From: a virus
Direction: 5' to 3' (one strand)
Virus record (IMG/VR): IMGVR_UViG_3300035169_000077
Location: 1-64,000 of that record
DNA length: 64,000 nt
The position numbers and the translations under genes were made by a program. Below, one piece after another: positions 37,354-45,996 of this stretch (position 1 is its first letter; every line of letters begins with the position of its first letter). The notes beneath the pieces were generated by a model. That model made no database searches and was not told the origin of the DNA. It worked only from the letters and a program-made list of their open reading frames with translations.

Positions 37354-37583
37354 TGTCGATCCTCCGGGACCTGTTCGGCCCGGGGACGTGGGGTGCGGGT
37401 GGCAATCTCGCCGCCGCGCCGATCCTCGCGGTGATCAGCGGCGGCGTGGCGTGGCTGCTGCGGCACAAGATCGGCCGGGGACTCGCCGCCTGGTGGGCAA
37501 AGCACCACGGGCCGCACGCCATAGCCCAGCACCGTGAGGCGCTGCGGCAGCACGAGGAAGCCAAGCGGAGGGACGCGCAGTGA
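37353..37583 (+). CDS. small membrane protein
   Basis: One TM; coupled to the endolysin. Confidence 0.55.
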   Translation: MSILRDLFGPGTWGAGGNLAAAPILAVISGGVAWLLRHKIGRGLAAWWAKHHGPHAIAQHREALRQHEEAKRRDAQ

Positions 37584-38338
37584 GCATCACGATGTTCGAC
37601 ACGATCACCGAGTCCGCGTGGCCATCTGACCCGCAGGCGGTCCTCGGCTACGTGGACGGCCACGTAGGGGACCAGCCGGACTGGGCTTATGTTCAGCACC
37701 GGTTCCCGAACGCCTTCCACCTGTCGATCGCCCTGGACCCCGCGCACGACGCGATGGCCCTGGACATCGAGACGGGGGCGGCTTCCCCGTCGTCGGCGGT
37801 CGCCTGGTACGAGCGGCAGAAGGCCAGGGGTGTCGCCCGCCCTTGCCTGTACGCCTCCGCCTCCCTGATGGAGGCCACCATCATCCCGGTAGTCCGCGCG
37901 GCCAGGTTCCCCCGTGACCAGGTGCGGCTGTGGTCGGCGCACTACACGCACTCGGCTCACATTTGCGGGCCGTCATCCTGCGGGCTGACGTCGGTCGCCG
38001 TGGACGGCACCCAGTGGACTGACCGGGCGTACGGCCGGAACCTCGATCAGTCGCTCCTGCTCGGCGACTTCTTCGGCGCGGCACCCAAGCCCCCGCCCGG
38101 GCATCCGTCGCCGTGGCCCGCTGGCACGGTACTCCGTGAGGGGGACTCCGGCGCTGCCGTCCGCGCCTTGCAGACGGCACTGAGCGACTCCGGCATCAGG
38201 GGAGTACGGGGCATCACCGTTGACTCGGTGTTCGGGCAGCAGACCCTGACCGCTGTCCGGAACTTCCAGGCGGATAAGGGGCTGGCGGTAGACGGCATCG
38301 CCGGGCCTCAGGTTCGCGCAGCTCTCGGCATCCGGTGA
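37580..38338 (+). CDS. endolysin: GH25-like muramidase plus PG_binding_1 domain
   Basis: LDIETG, PCLYAS, LWSAHYT, TQWTD...NLD.S; LREGDSGAAVRALQ, VDSVFG..T..AVRNFQ..GLAVDGIAGP. Confidence 0.88.
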   Translation: MSITMFDTITESAWPSDPQAVLGYVDGHVGDQPDWAYVQHRFPNAFHLSIALDPAHDAMALDIETGAASPSSAVAWYERQKARGVARPCLYASASLMEATIIPVVRAARFPRDQVRLWSAHYTHSAHICGPSSCGLTSVAVDGTQWTDRAYGRNLDQSLLLGDFFGAAPKPPPGHPSPWPAGTVLREGDSGAAVRALQTALSDSGIRGVRGITVDSVFGQQTLTAVRNFQADKGLAVDGIAGPQVRAALGIR

Positions 38339-38619
38339 TCCCCGCCGCCGAGCGCGTCCTGGTCCAGCTGTGGTGGACGGACGCGACGAACGTCGCCGGA
38401 GGCTGGCACGACGCCGAAGACCTCGGCGAGTTCGCCACTAACGGCGCATGGGAGTGCTCAAACACCGGCTGGCTGGTCCATGAGGACGAGAAGTGCTACG
38501 TGCTGGCCGGGCGCATGACCGACGACGGGCGCAACGTCGGCCTCATCGAGCGGATCCCCAAGGCGGCGGTAACCCGAAGGGCCGACTTCACCAGGCCGCA
38601 AGCTGGGGAGGCGCGCTGA
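38335..38619 (+). CDS. hypothetical protein
   Basis: W.DA....GW, C...GWLV.ED, IPK..V phage motif. Confidence 0.6.
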   Translation: MIPAAERVLVQLWWTDATNVAGGWHDAEDLGEFATNGAWECSNTGWLVHEDEKCYVLAGRMTDDGRNVGLIERIPKAAVTRRADFTRPQAGEAR

Positions 38620-39185
38620 TGACCGGAATCCCGCTCCGGATCGCCGAGCCGACAGGCCGCTACCAGCGGAGGCTCCGCCGGTTCACCTACGGGTCGAAGT
38701 CGGAATGCCCCGGATACCGGTACGGCCATGACGGGTCCGCCGTGATCGGCGAGGTACCCGGGGCTGAGCATGAGCCGGTTCGCGGCGACAGCTGGCCGCA
38801 CGACGATCCCCGCTGGCCTGCCGCGTGCGAGCGGTGCGGCCACCAGTTCGCGGACGCCGATGAGTGGCAGCGCAGCGACGACGAGGTGTTCAGGCTCCCC
38901 GACGGCACTGAGTTCGCCTTCACGGGCTCCCTCGGGATGGTCGCGCCTCCCGGGACGATGGTCCGCGCCGCCTGGTACGACGGGCACGCTGGCCAGCCGG
39001 GCGAGTCCTGGCTGATCGCGCTCCCCGACGGCGGCGACTGGATAACCACCCAGGTCGCCAAGGGCGGGGGCTTCTGGACCGTGACGGGCACGGCACCGAA
39101 CCTGACCGCGACGCCCTCGATCTTCCACAACGCCCCAACTGGGTGGCACGGCTGGCTGAGGGAAGGGGAGCTGGTTAGCGCATGA
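38619..39185 (+). CDS. DUF6527-like domain protein
   Basis: WTVTG..PNLTATPSI......WHGWLREGEL. Confidence 0.55.
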   Translation: MTGIPLRIAEPTGRYQRRLRRFTYGSKSECPGYRYGHDGSAVIGEVPGAEHEPVRGDSWPHDDPRWPAACERCGHQFADADEWQRSDDEVFRLPDGTEFAFTGSLGMVAPPGTMVRAAWYDGHAGQPGESWLIALPDGGDWITTQVAKGGGFWTVTGTAPNLTATPSIFHNAPTGWHGWLREGELVSA

Positions 39186-39622
39186 GGCAGGCAGCACCGG
39201 ATCCGGCACCGCTCGCCTACCTGGTGGAGCGGCTCTCGTACCGGCCCGGCTGGACGTTCAAGCTCGCGGACATCGACCGGGGGCAGGGCAGCGAGGGGCT
39301 GACCCTGATCATCACCACGCGCGGGTACGACAGCTACCACCCCGGTCGCGGCGAGAACTACCGGGTCAATCACTACATGCCAGTGCCGCCGGCCGCGTTC
39401 GATCACCGATCCTGGCAGCGATGGCTATTCGACCAGCTCCTCCTTGTCGAGCGGCACGAGGCCATGGAGTTCTTCCGCGTGCACGACTCCCCGGGCAGCG
39501 AGCATGTCGTCCGCCCCTATGCGCCGTCGCATGGGCCGGGAAATGACCCGTACATCGTCCGGGAGATCGGCACCGGCATGGACCAGCGGACGTCGTTCCG
39601 GGGCGACGTCAACCCCCCGTGA
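39182..39622 (+). CDS. hypothetical protein
   Basis: YRPGW.F, ERHEAMEFF, P.HGPG.DPY; coupled. Confidence 0.65.
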   Translation: MRQAAPDPAPLAYLVERLSYRPGWTFKLADIDRGQGSEGLTLIITTRGYDSYHPGRGENYRVNHYMPVPPAAFDHRSWQRWLFDQLLLVERHEAMEFFRVHDSPGSEHVVRPYAPSHGPGNDPYIVREIGTGMDQRTSFRGDVNPP

Positions 39623-39864
39623 CCATCACCCTGGCCCGCCGGGTAGCAGGCCCCGAGGACCTGGAACTACCGGGCGACTACTGCGGGCCGCTCCCTGAGC
39701 TTGAGGGCCCTGACCTCACCCCGTCCGGCAGGACCGCCGTGTGGCTGGTGGCCCCGGACGGGTCACCGGTACGGCTCGCCTCCCCGCCGTGGGAGTTCAC
39801 CGAGGCTGAAGACGGGTCGCTGGAGATCACCGTGGCGGCCGGAACGCCCTCCCCGGCAGCCTGA
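39619..39864 (+). CDS. hypothetical protein, possibly a truncated DUF6527-like paralog
   Basis: PGDY, W...PDG, WEFTE.EDGSL, then no PSI/WHG end. Confidence 0.45.
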   Translation: MTITLARRVAGPEDLELPGDYCGPLPELEGPDLTPSGRTAVWLVAPDGSPVRLASPPWEFTEAEDGSLEITVAAGTPSPAA

Positions 39865-40112
39865 GCCAGGACGATCTCGCGCCCGCAGCAGATGGCGTGA
39901 TCTTGCAGCGGAAGCCGGCCGGAGCGCGTCGACCACCAGCCGCGCGGATGAGTGCCCGCCGTGAACTCGATCCCGCACGCCGCCACCCGCACTTCCCCGC
40001 GAAAGCCGCCGTCGAAGCGGCGCACGATCAGGTGAGCAGATGTCGGCAACGCGGGGCCACCCGGATACATGGGGCTGAGGCCCATCGCCCACAGGTTGGG
40101 ATCGTCGCTCAT
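39678..40112 (-). CDS. hypothetical antisense moron
   Basis: ATG lies 6 nt after TAGGCT. Confidence 0.5.
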   Translation of the reverse strand: MSDDPNLWAMGLSPMYPGGPALPTSAHLIVRRFDGGFRGEVRVAACGIEFTAGTHPRGWWSTRSGRLPLQDHAICCGREIVLAQAAGEGVPAATVISSDPSSASVNSHGGEASRTGDPSGATSHTAVLPDGVRSGPSSSGSGPQ

Positions 40113-40135
40113 CCCGCCAGCCTAGGGCTACCTCG

Positions 40136-40242
40136 CAGGCCGGGCGGGACTTGAACGCCGCTCCTCAGGGCCTGGGCCGCCTCCGCTAGCGCGCTATCGC
40201 TCGGGCGCGGTTACCTGCGCTCTGCCGTTGAGCTACCGGCCT
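40136..40242 (-). ncRNA. tRNA-like RNA with expanded anticodon arm
   Basis: AGGCCGG/CCGGCCT acceptor stem, TA-GCTC-AACGGCA-GAGC D arm, GTTCAAGTC T loop; 44 nt between CAGG and CCTG; TAGGGT 6 nt upstream. Confidence 0.7.
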
Positions 40243-40265
40243 GAGCCGACCCTACCCGGCCGGGG

Positions 40266-40679
40266 CTAGTCGACTAGCTTTCTTGAGGCCTCGCGTCGCC
40301 GCCATTCGCAGCGCCGCAGCGTGTGCTTGCGGAACAGCCGGTCCTCCCAGATGGCCCGCGCCCAGCGCCGCTCTCCCTTAACAGGCGATTCAGGCACGGC
40401 GACCACGTCCGTCCCGCACGACTCGCACCGGCTCGGCCCTTCCCTCTCGCCAGTGCGGATGAGGAACGGCGCGGACTCGGCCAGCGACGCCAGGTCCTCG
40501 GCGACCAGCGGCCCCTTGACGGGGTCAGCCTCCAGTTGCCGGAGCACGGCGGCGTAGTCCACGGCCGGGATGATCCCCTGCTCCAGGCCAGAGCGCAGGA
40601 ACACGCCTCCTGGCGGGGCGTCCGGGTCCACGACGATCTTGAAGCCACTGAAAGCCCAGCCCTCATCCCCGGCGGTCAC
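40266..40679 (-). CDS. hypothetical antisense moron
   Basis: GTG lies 6 nt after TACGTT; CESC...H...C. Confidence 0.55.
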   Translation of the reverse strand: MTAGDEGWAFSGFKIVVDPDAPPGGVFLRSGLEQGIIPAVDYAAVLRQLEADPVKGPLVAEDLASLAESAPFLIRTGEREGPSRCESCGTDVVAVPESPVKGERRWARAIWEDRLFRKHTLRRCEWRRREASRKLVD

Positions 40680-40710
40680 CCGCCCAACGTACCCCGGGAG
40701 GTGACGGCGC

Positions 40711-42093
40711 TTGACCTCACTCGTTTACGTCACCATCACGGGCCAGTTCCTCGGCGGCGATGAGACGCCCCTCTCCGGAACGGTGACCTTCACCGCAAGC
40801 CAGGCTGTCTACTCGGCAGGCCAGGAGATCGTCACCCCTGATGTCCCGGTCGCCGCGCAGATCACGGACGGCGTCCTCCTGGCCGAGTCGGGCGGCGCGC
40901 TGCAGCTGCTCGCGACGGACCAGAGCGGCCTGACGTTCCTGACCTTGAGCGGGTTCTTCTACTGGACCGTGCGGGTAGTGGCCGGCGGAGTCACTGAGCC
41001 GTCATGGTCGTTCGGCCTGCCGTCGTCGCCATCGAGCGTCGACTTGTTCGCCCTCGCGAACAGGCCCTTCACCGCAGGCGGCGTCACCTCGGTCACGGCA
41101 GCGGACACCTCGGTTGTCATCGGGGGAACGGGCACGGCCCCGACGGTGCGGACGGGCACGCTGGACGTGATCGCCACCCAGCATGCGCCGGCGGGTAACT
41201 GGTCGAACAACAGCCACAAGATCACGTCGCTGGCAAACGGGGCCTCCGCGCAGGACGCGGCGGCGTTCGGGCAGGTCCCCACCTCAGCGGGGAGCATCGG
41301 CGGCCTCCTCGCCGCAAGCAACCTCTCCGACGTCGCCAATGCCGGCACGGCCCGGACCAACCTGGGCCTGGGCAGCGCGGCGACTCAGGCTAGCAGCGCG
41401 TTCGACGCGGCCGGGGCGGCCTCCGCAGTGCTGGCGCTTGCCGCGCTGCGCGCCAATAACCTGTCGGACCTGGCCAGCGCGCCGACGGCCCGGACCAACC
41501 TGGGCCTCGGCGGGGCGGCCGTGATCGGCGTCCCGGTCTCCATCGCCAACGGCGGCACCGGGCAGACTGCCCAGCAGGCGGCACTCGACGCGCTCGCGGG
41601 AGCGGTCACCACGGCCCAGTTCCTGCGGGGCAACGGCACGCACGTCGTACTGGGCGCGATCCAGGCCACCGACGTCCCCACCCTCAACCAGAGCACCACG
41701 GGGACGGCCGCCAACTTCACCGGCGGGGCGACCGTGCCCGCCTATGTGGCCCCGCACGTGGCGACGCTCACCGACGCGGCGACGGTCGCGGTCAACGCGG
41801 CCCTCGGCAACGACTACCGGCTCCTCACCACGAGCGGGGTAGGCGCATCGCGGACAATCGGCGCACCCTCTAGCCCGGTCGACGGGCAGGCCATCACGAT
41901 CGACGTCCAGCAGGCATCCAGCGGGGGCCCGTACACGGTCACCTGGGCATCAGGGGCGGGCGGCTACTCGTTCGGCACCGACGGCGCGCCGACGCTGAGC
42001 ACCGGTGCTAACGCGGTCGACACGATCGGCTTCCGCTACCACGCCGGCCTCGGCAAGTGGATATGCCTCGGGTGGAAATTGGGATTCGCGTGA
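40711..42093 (+). CDS. fibre-like virion protein
   Basis: GGGAGG RBS; NLSD...ARTNLGLG twice, KITSLANG...QDAA, SIANGGTG; TLTDAATV..NA C-terminal module. Confidence 0.75.
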   Translation: MTSLVYVTITGQFLGGDETPLSGTVTFTASQAVYSAGQEIVTPDVPVAAQITDGVLLAESGGALQLLATDQSGLTFLTLSGFFYWTVRVVAGGVTEPSWSFGLPSSPSSVDLFALANRPFTAGGVTSVTAADTSVVIGGTGTAPTVRTGTLDVIATQHAPAGNWSNNSHKITSLANGASAQDAAAFGQVPTSAGSIGGLLAASNLSDVANAGTARTNLGLGSAATQASSAFDAAGAASAVLALAALRANNLSDLASAPTARTNLGLGGAAVIGVPVSIANGGTGQTAQQAALDALAGAVTTAQFLRGNGTHVVLGAIQATDVPTLNQSTTGTAANFTGGATVPAYVAPHVATLTDAATVAVNAALGNDYRLLTTSGVGASRTIGAPSSPVDGQAITIDVQQASSGGPYTVTWASGAGGYSFGTDGAPTLSTGANAVDTIGFRYHAGLGKWICLGWKLGFA

Positions 42094-42791
42094 CGATCAG
42101 CTTCCCCGCGACCAGCGGCGACCACAGCGTCACGGCGGAGGCGAATCCGCTGGTGATCGCGCCGCCGGCGAATGTCGCCAACGGCGACTTGCTCGTCGCA
42201 TGGGTCATCGCCAGGACCGGGATCAGCAGCGCGCCGGGCAGCTGGACGGCGCTGCAGTCGTTCACCACCAACGGGACGTTCGCGGCGTACTCGCTGAAGG
42301 TCCCGACCGCGTCGGCGCTGCCCGCTAACTGGACGTGGACCCCGGCGTCGGCGCGGGCGAGCGTGATCATCCAGCGGGTGACCGGCACCGACCTCACCGC
42401 CTCCGTCACCGTCGGCGGGACCTGCGGGGCGGGCACTGACGCCGGGTTCGGGACGACGTACTCGTCATTCCTGCCGATGCAGCTGCCCGGCATCACGCCA
42501 CCGGACGCGTGGGCCGCCTGCGTCGGGACGTTCTTCACCGGGGACGCCAACACTCCCTCGGCGGACCTCGTGCCGGGCGGGACGCTGCTGGCGACGGCGA
42601 CGACCACGAGCGCCGGGGCTGGCCGGTCGTCGTCGGGGATCTACGGCGCTGTCGCGGCCGGGCCGACCGGCACGATCGTGTGCGCGAACGACTGGCCGGG
42701 CGCGCCCGGCGGCCAGGACGGCATCCTGCTCGGCTTCACCGCCGTGCGCGCCCCCGTGAAGAGCGGGCTGCTGATGGCGGGGGTCATATGA
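42090..42791 (+). CDS. fibre-associated beta-sandwich protein
   Basis: P.NV.NGDLLVA, P..WT pattern; coupled. Confidence 0.6.
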   Translation: MTISFPATSGDHSVTAEANPLVIAPPANVANGDLLVAWVIARTGISSAPGSWTALQSFTTNGTFAAYSLKVPTASALPANWTWTPASARASVIIQRVTGTDLTASVTVGGTCGAGTDAGFGTTYSSFLPMQLPGITPPDAWAACVGTFFTGDANTPSADLVPGGTLLATATTTSAGAGRSSSGIYGAVAAGPTGTIVCANDWPGAPGGQDGILLGFTAVRAPVKSGLLMAGVI

Positions 42792-45328
42792 CGAGCCTGT
42801 CGTACGTCACGATCACTGGCCAGTTCACCGGGGGCGGCAACACGCCCCTGTCGGGCAGCGTGACCTTCACGCCGAGTCAGGCTGTCTACGCCGGGGGCGT
42901 CCCCGTCGTCACTCCCGGGGTGCCGATTACCGCCCAGGTGATCGCCGGGCAGCTGTTGTCCGAGCACGGGGGGCCGCTCCGGCTCCTGGCGACCGACAAC
43001 GACGGCCTGACCTTCCTGACCCTGACGGGCTTTTTCTGGTGGTCGGTTGAGGCGGTCATCGGCGGCGTCACTCAGCCGGCGTGGTCTTTCGGCTTGCCTT
43101 CCAGCCCGACAAGCGTCGACTTGTTCGCCCTCGCGAACACGCCCTTCGGTGGAGGCGGCGGCGGCAACCTCCCGCCCGCGATCATCACCTCCAGCGGCCC
43201 CCTTGGCCCTGAGTCAACGGCGATCCTCGCCGCCCCCGGCCTGACCGTCTCGCTGCCCGACGCGACCGCGGCACCGGGCAGGGCGATCACGGTCAAGCTC
43301 GACTCGCCGTTCACCACCGGGACGGTCGAGACGATCAACGGGCAGCTCATCGACGGCTACCCCTCGTACCAGATGGCCGCCCGGTACCAGTGGTGCACGC
43401 TCCAGTCGGACGGGACCAACTGGCAGGTCATCAGCGCCAAGCCCGGCGGCCTCCTGAGCATCCCCGTGCCAGTGCTGCCGGCCGGGACCGCCAACGCGCC
43501 GTACAGCGCCCAGCTCACGGCCAGCGGCGGGTGGCCCGGGTACACGTGGAGCGTCAAGTCAGGGAGCCTGCCCGACGGCGTGACCCTGTCCACCTCAGGC
43601 GCCCTCTCAGGCACCCCGACAGTGGCGACGACCAGCGGCTTTACCGTCCAGGTGACCGACTCGATCGGCTCCATCGCGACGATCGCCCTGACTATCACGG
43701 TCGGCGGGGGCATCGTCCTCGTCCAGCAGGGCGCCGTGATTAACGCCTCGAACGGGGCCTCGGCGGCTCCCGTCTTCCTCAACGCCACCGCGGCCGGGAA
43801 CCTGCTCATCGCCCATGTCGGCGGCAACGGCTCCGGGGCCATCACCACGACCGCTTCCGGCTGGGTTGTCGTCGGCGCCGGCGGCCATGCGATCGCCTAC
43901 AAGGAGAACTGCGGGGCCGGCGAGACGCCTCCCGTCTTCTCTCGCGGCAGCACCAGCGACATGTGGGCGTACCTGGAGGAGTGGACCGGGGCCGCCACCT
44001 CAGGCGCGGCAGACCAGTCCGTGTCATCCTCCGCCGGGTCGTCGGCATGGACAGCGGTATTCCCGGCGCTGAGCACCGTGCCGGGGGAACTGCTGGCCTG
44101 CGCGGGCTACTGGAACGGCAGCAACACGGGCGGCAGCGTCGCGCTGACCAGCTTCCTCGACAACACCGGCGACACGATCACCGGCACGTTCCTCCAGGGC
44201 GGGAATAGCTTCGGCCAGTACTTCGCCGGGGTCTCCGGGGTCGCCGGCCCGACCGGCAGCACGCATGACCAGGTCGGGATGACCCTCAGTGTCTTCGCGG
44301 GCGGCGACGGCACCCTGGTCTCGTTCCAGCCCGGCAACCAGGGGCCGCCCGGGAACCCCGTCGTCACCACCGCGTCCCCGCTGCCATCAGCGTCCACGCT
44401 GCAGCCGTACACGGTGATCCTCGCCGCAGAAGACGGGGTCCCGCCCTACACGTGGTCGATCGCGTCCGGCACGCTCCCGGCAGGCCTCGCGCTCTCCGCG
44501 GACGGCGTCATCTCCGGCTCCCCCGTGACCGCCGCCGTGTACTCGTTCACCGTCCGGGTCACCGACAGCATCAGCGACTCCGGCACCATGCCGCTGGGCC
44601 TCACGGTCGCGCAGACTCCCACCCCGACGTTCGTGACGTCGGCCTTCACGGAGGCCACCGGAAGCCGCAGCCAGCCGTATCCCGGCATAGCCGCCATCAC
44701 CGGGCCCACTCAGGACCCGACCGTCAACAACAACGTGTGGTCGCCGGTGACCGGGACGGCGTCCGAGCTATTCGTGGTCGATCCCACCCGCTTCTGGGTA
44801 GTCGCCAACATGCCACCCGGGAACACTCAGGTGCTGGCATTCCAGAGCAATGACCTGCGGTTCGGCGAGTTGCCGCTCAGCAGCTTCACTAAGGTCGTCA
44901 GCTCGTTCAGCGAGGAAATGAACCCGACTCCCGGCACGCAAGCCTGGGCGGCCTATGACATCTGGCTGAATAACTGGAACAACGAGATCATGATCCATCA
45001 TGATCTCGCCAGGTTCAATCCTTACGACTCCACGCCCCTGGCCAGGGGAATCTCGTTCGGCGGGAGCAACGGCGTGCCAGTCCTGGCCTGGGACCTGCAC
45101 CTTTACGGCACCAGTGAATATGTCTGGCAGCCAGCGAATAACGCGTTCAATATCCAGTCGGGCAGCGTTGACATTTTGCAAATGCTTCAGTGGATGATTG
45201 ACAATGCGTTCCTGCCGGCGGTTAACACCTTCACGGCAGTCGGCTACGGCTGGGAGATGTGCAGCACCGGCGGCCTTGATGAATTCTTCCAGGTGACCGC
45301 TTTCACCCTTGACGCCGAGTACGGCTAA
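42788..45328 (+). CDS. modular fibre protein: anchor domain, two He_PIG Ig domains and a C-terminal GH12-like glycoside hydrolase
   Basis: LP......Y...L.A.GG..PYTWS...G.LP.G..LS..G..SG.P twice; VNNNVW, AAYDIW, NEIMI, SGSVDI, GYGWEM. Confidence 0.8.
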   Translation: MTSLSYVTITGQFTGGGNTPLSGSVTFTPSQAVYAGGVPVVTPGVPITAQVIAGQLLSEHGGPLRLLATDNDGLTFLTLTGFFWWSVEAVIGGVTQPAWSFGLPSSPTSVDLFALANTPFGGGGGGNLPPAIITSSGPLGPESTAILAAPGLTVSLPDATAAPGRAITVKLDSPFTTGTVETINGQLIDGYPSYQMAARYQWCTLQSDGTNWQVISAKPGGLLSIPVPVLPAGTANAPYSAQLTASGGWPGYTWSVKSGSLPDGVTLSTSGALSGTPTVATTSGFTVQVTDSIGSIATIALTITVGGGIVLVQQGAVINASNGASAAPVFLNATAAGNLLIAHVGGNGSGAITTTASGWVVVGAGGHAIAYKENCGAGETPPVFSRGSTSDMWAYLEEWTGAATSGAADQSVSSSAGSSAWTAVFPALSTVPGELLACAGYWNGSNTGGSVALTSFLDNTGDTITGTFLQGGNSFGQYFAGVSGVAGPTGSTHDQVGMTLSVFAGGDGTLVSFQPGNQGPPGNPVVTTASPLPSASTLQPYTVILAAEDGVPPYTWSIASGTLPAGLALSADGVISGSPVTAAVYSFTVRVTDSISDSGTMPLGLTVAQTPTPTFVTSAFTEATGSRSQPYPGIAAITGPTQDPTVNNNVWSPVTGTASELFVVDPTRFWVVANMPPGNTQVLAFQSNDLRFGELPLSSFTKVVSSFSEEMNPTPGTQAWAAYDIWLNNWNNEIMIHHDLARFNPYDSTPLARGISFGGSNGVPVLAWDLHLYGTSEYVWQPANNAFNIQSGSVDILQMLQWMIDNAFLPAVNTFTAVGYGWEMCSTGGLDEFFQVTAFTLDAEYG

Positions 45329-45446
45329 GCGGCCCGCTCCTCCCCCATCACCTGACCCCCCTCCCGCAAGTTACGGCGCCCTTAGCGCAACCACGGCCGC
45401 GCACCCGCGGCACGCCTGGCCAATTTCAACGAGAAGGAGAACCGTC

Positions 45447-45737
45447 ATGACCACTCCCGCCCCCGAGCCAACTTCCGCCCACGAGGGCTTCCTCGGCCAC
45501 GTCCGCGACTGGTTCGAGCGCGACATCGCCCCCGAGATCGCCGTCGTGAAGGCAGACCTGGAGAAGGTCAAGGCCCTCGCCCCCCAGCTGTCCAGCGTGG
45601 CGACCACGCTTGAGACGCTGGTGAAGGCCCTCGCGCCCAGTGCGGCCCCGGAAGTCGCCACGCTCGTCGAAGACGCGGAGAAGGCCGCCGCGATCATCGC
45701 GCGGATCGCGGCGGAGCTGGGCGCGGCCGGCCTGTAG
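45447..45737 (+). CDS. small helical protein
   Basis: GAAGGAG RBS. Confidence 0.65.
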   Translation: MTTPAPEPTSAHEGFLGHVRDWFERDIAPEIAVVKADLEKVKALAPQLSSVATTLETLVKALAPSAAPEVATLVEDAEKAAAIIARIAAELGAAGL

Positions 45738-45788
45738 GCTTTTGCCCGGCAGAGGCCACGCTCGGTTCCACGGGAGGCGCTGAGCAGC

Positions 45789-45832
45789 AGAGAGGCCCCG
45801 GTCACCTGTGGGTGGCCGGGGCCTCTCTTTTT
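45789..45832 (+). terminator. intrinsic terminator ending the late operon
   Basis: AGAGAGGCCCCGGTCACC-TGTG-GGTGGCCGGGGCCTCTCT followed by a T run. Confidence 0.85.
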
Positions 45833-45957
45833 GCGTTCCCGGGGTCCGGTGGCCCGGGCGGGGCGCGGCGGCGGGTGGCCAGGTCCCGCCCCGGGCTTCA
45901 GGTCGCCGCGCCCGGTTCAACGATAGGCTCTGTCCCGCTGCACGACGGGTAACACCG

Positions 45958-45991
45958 CGCCCCGCCCCTCAAGCGAGGGGCGGGGCGTTCT
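45958..45991. terminator. hairpin downstream of the CCA-enzyme gene
   Basis: CGCCCCGCCCCTC-AAGC-GAGGGGCGGGGCG. Confidence 0.7.
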
Positions 45992-45996
45992 TCGCG

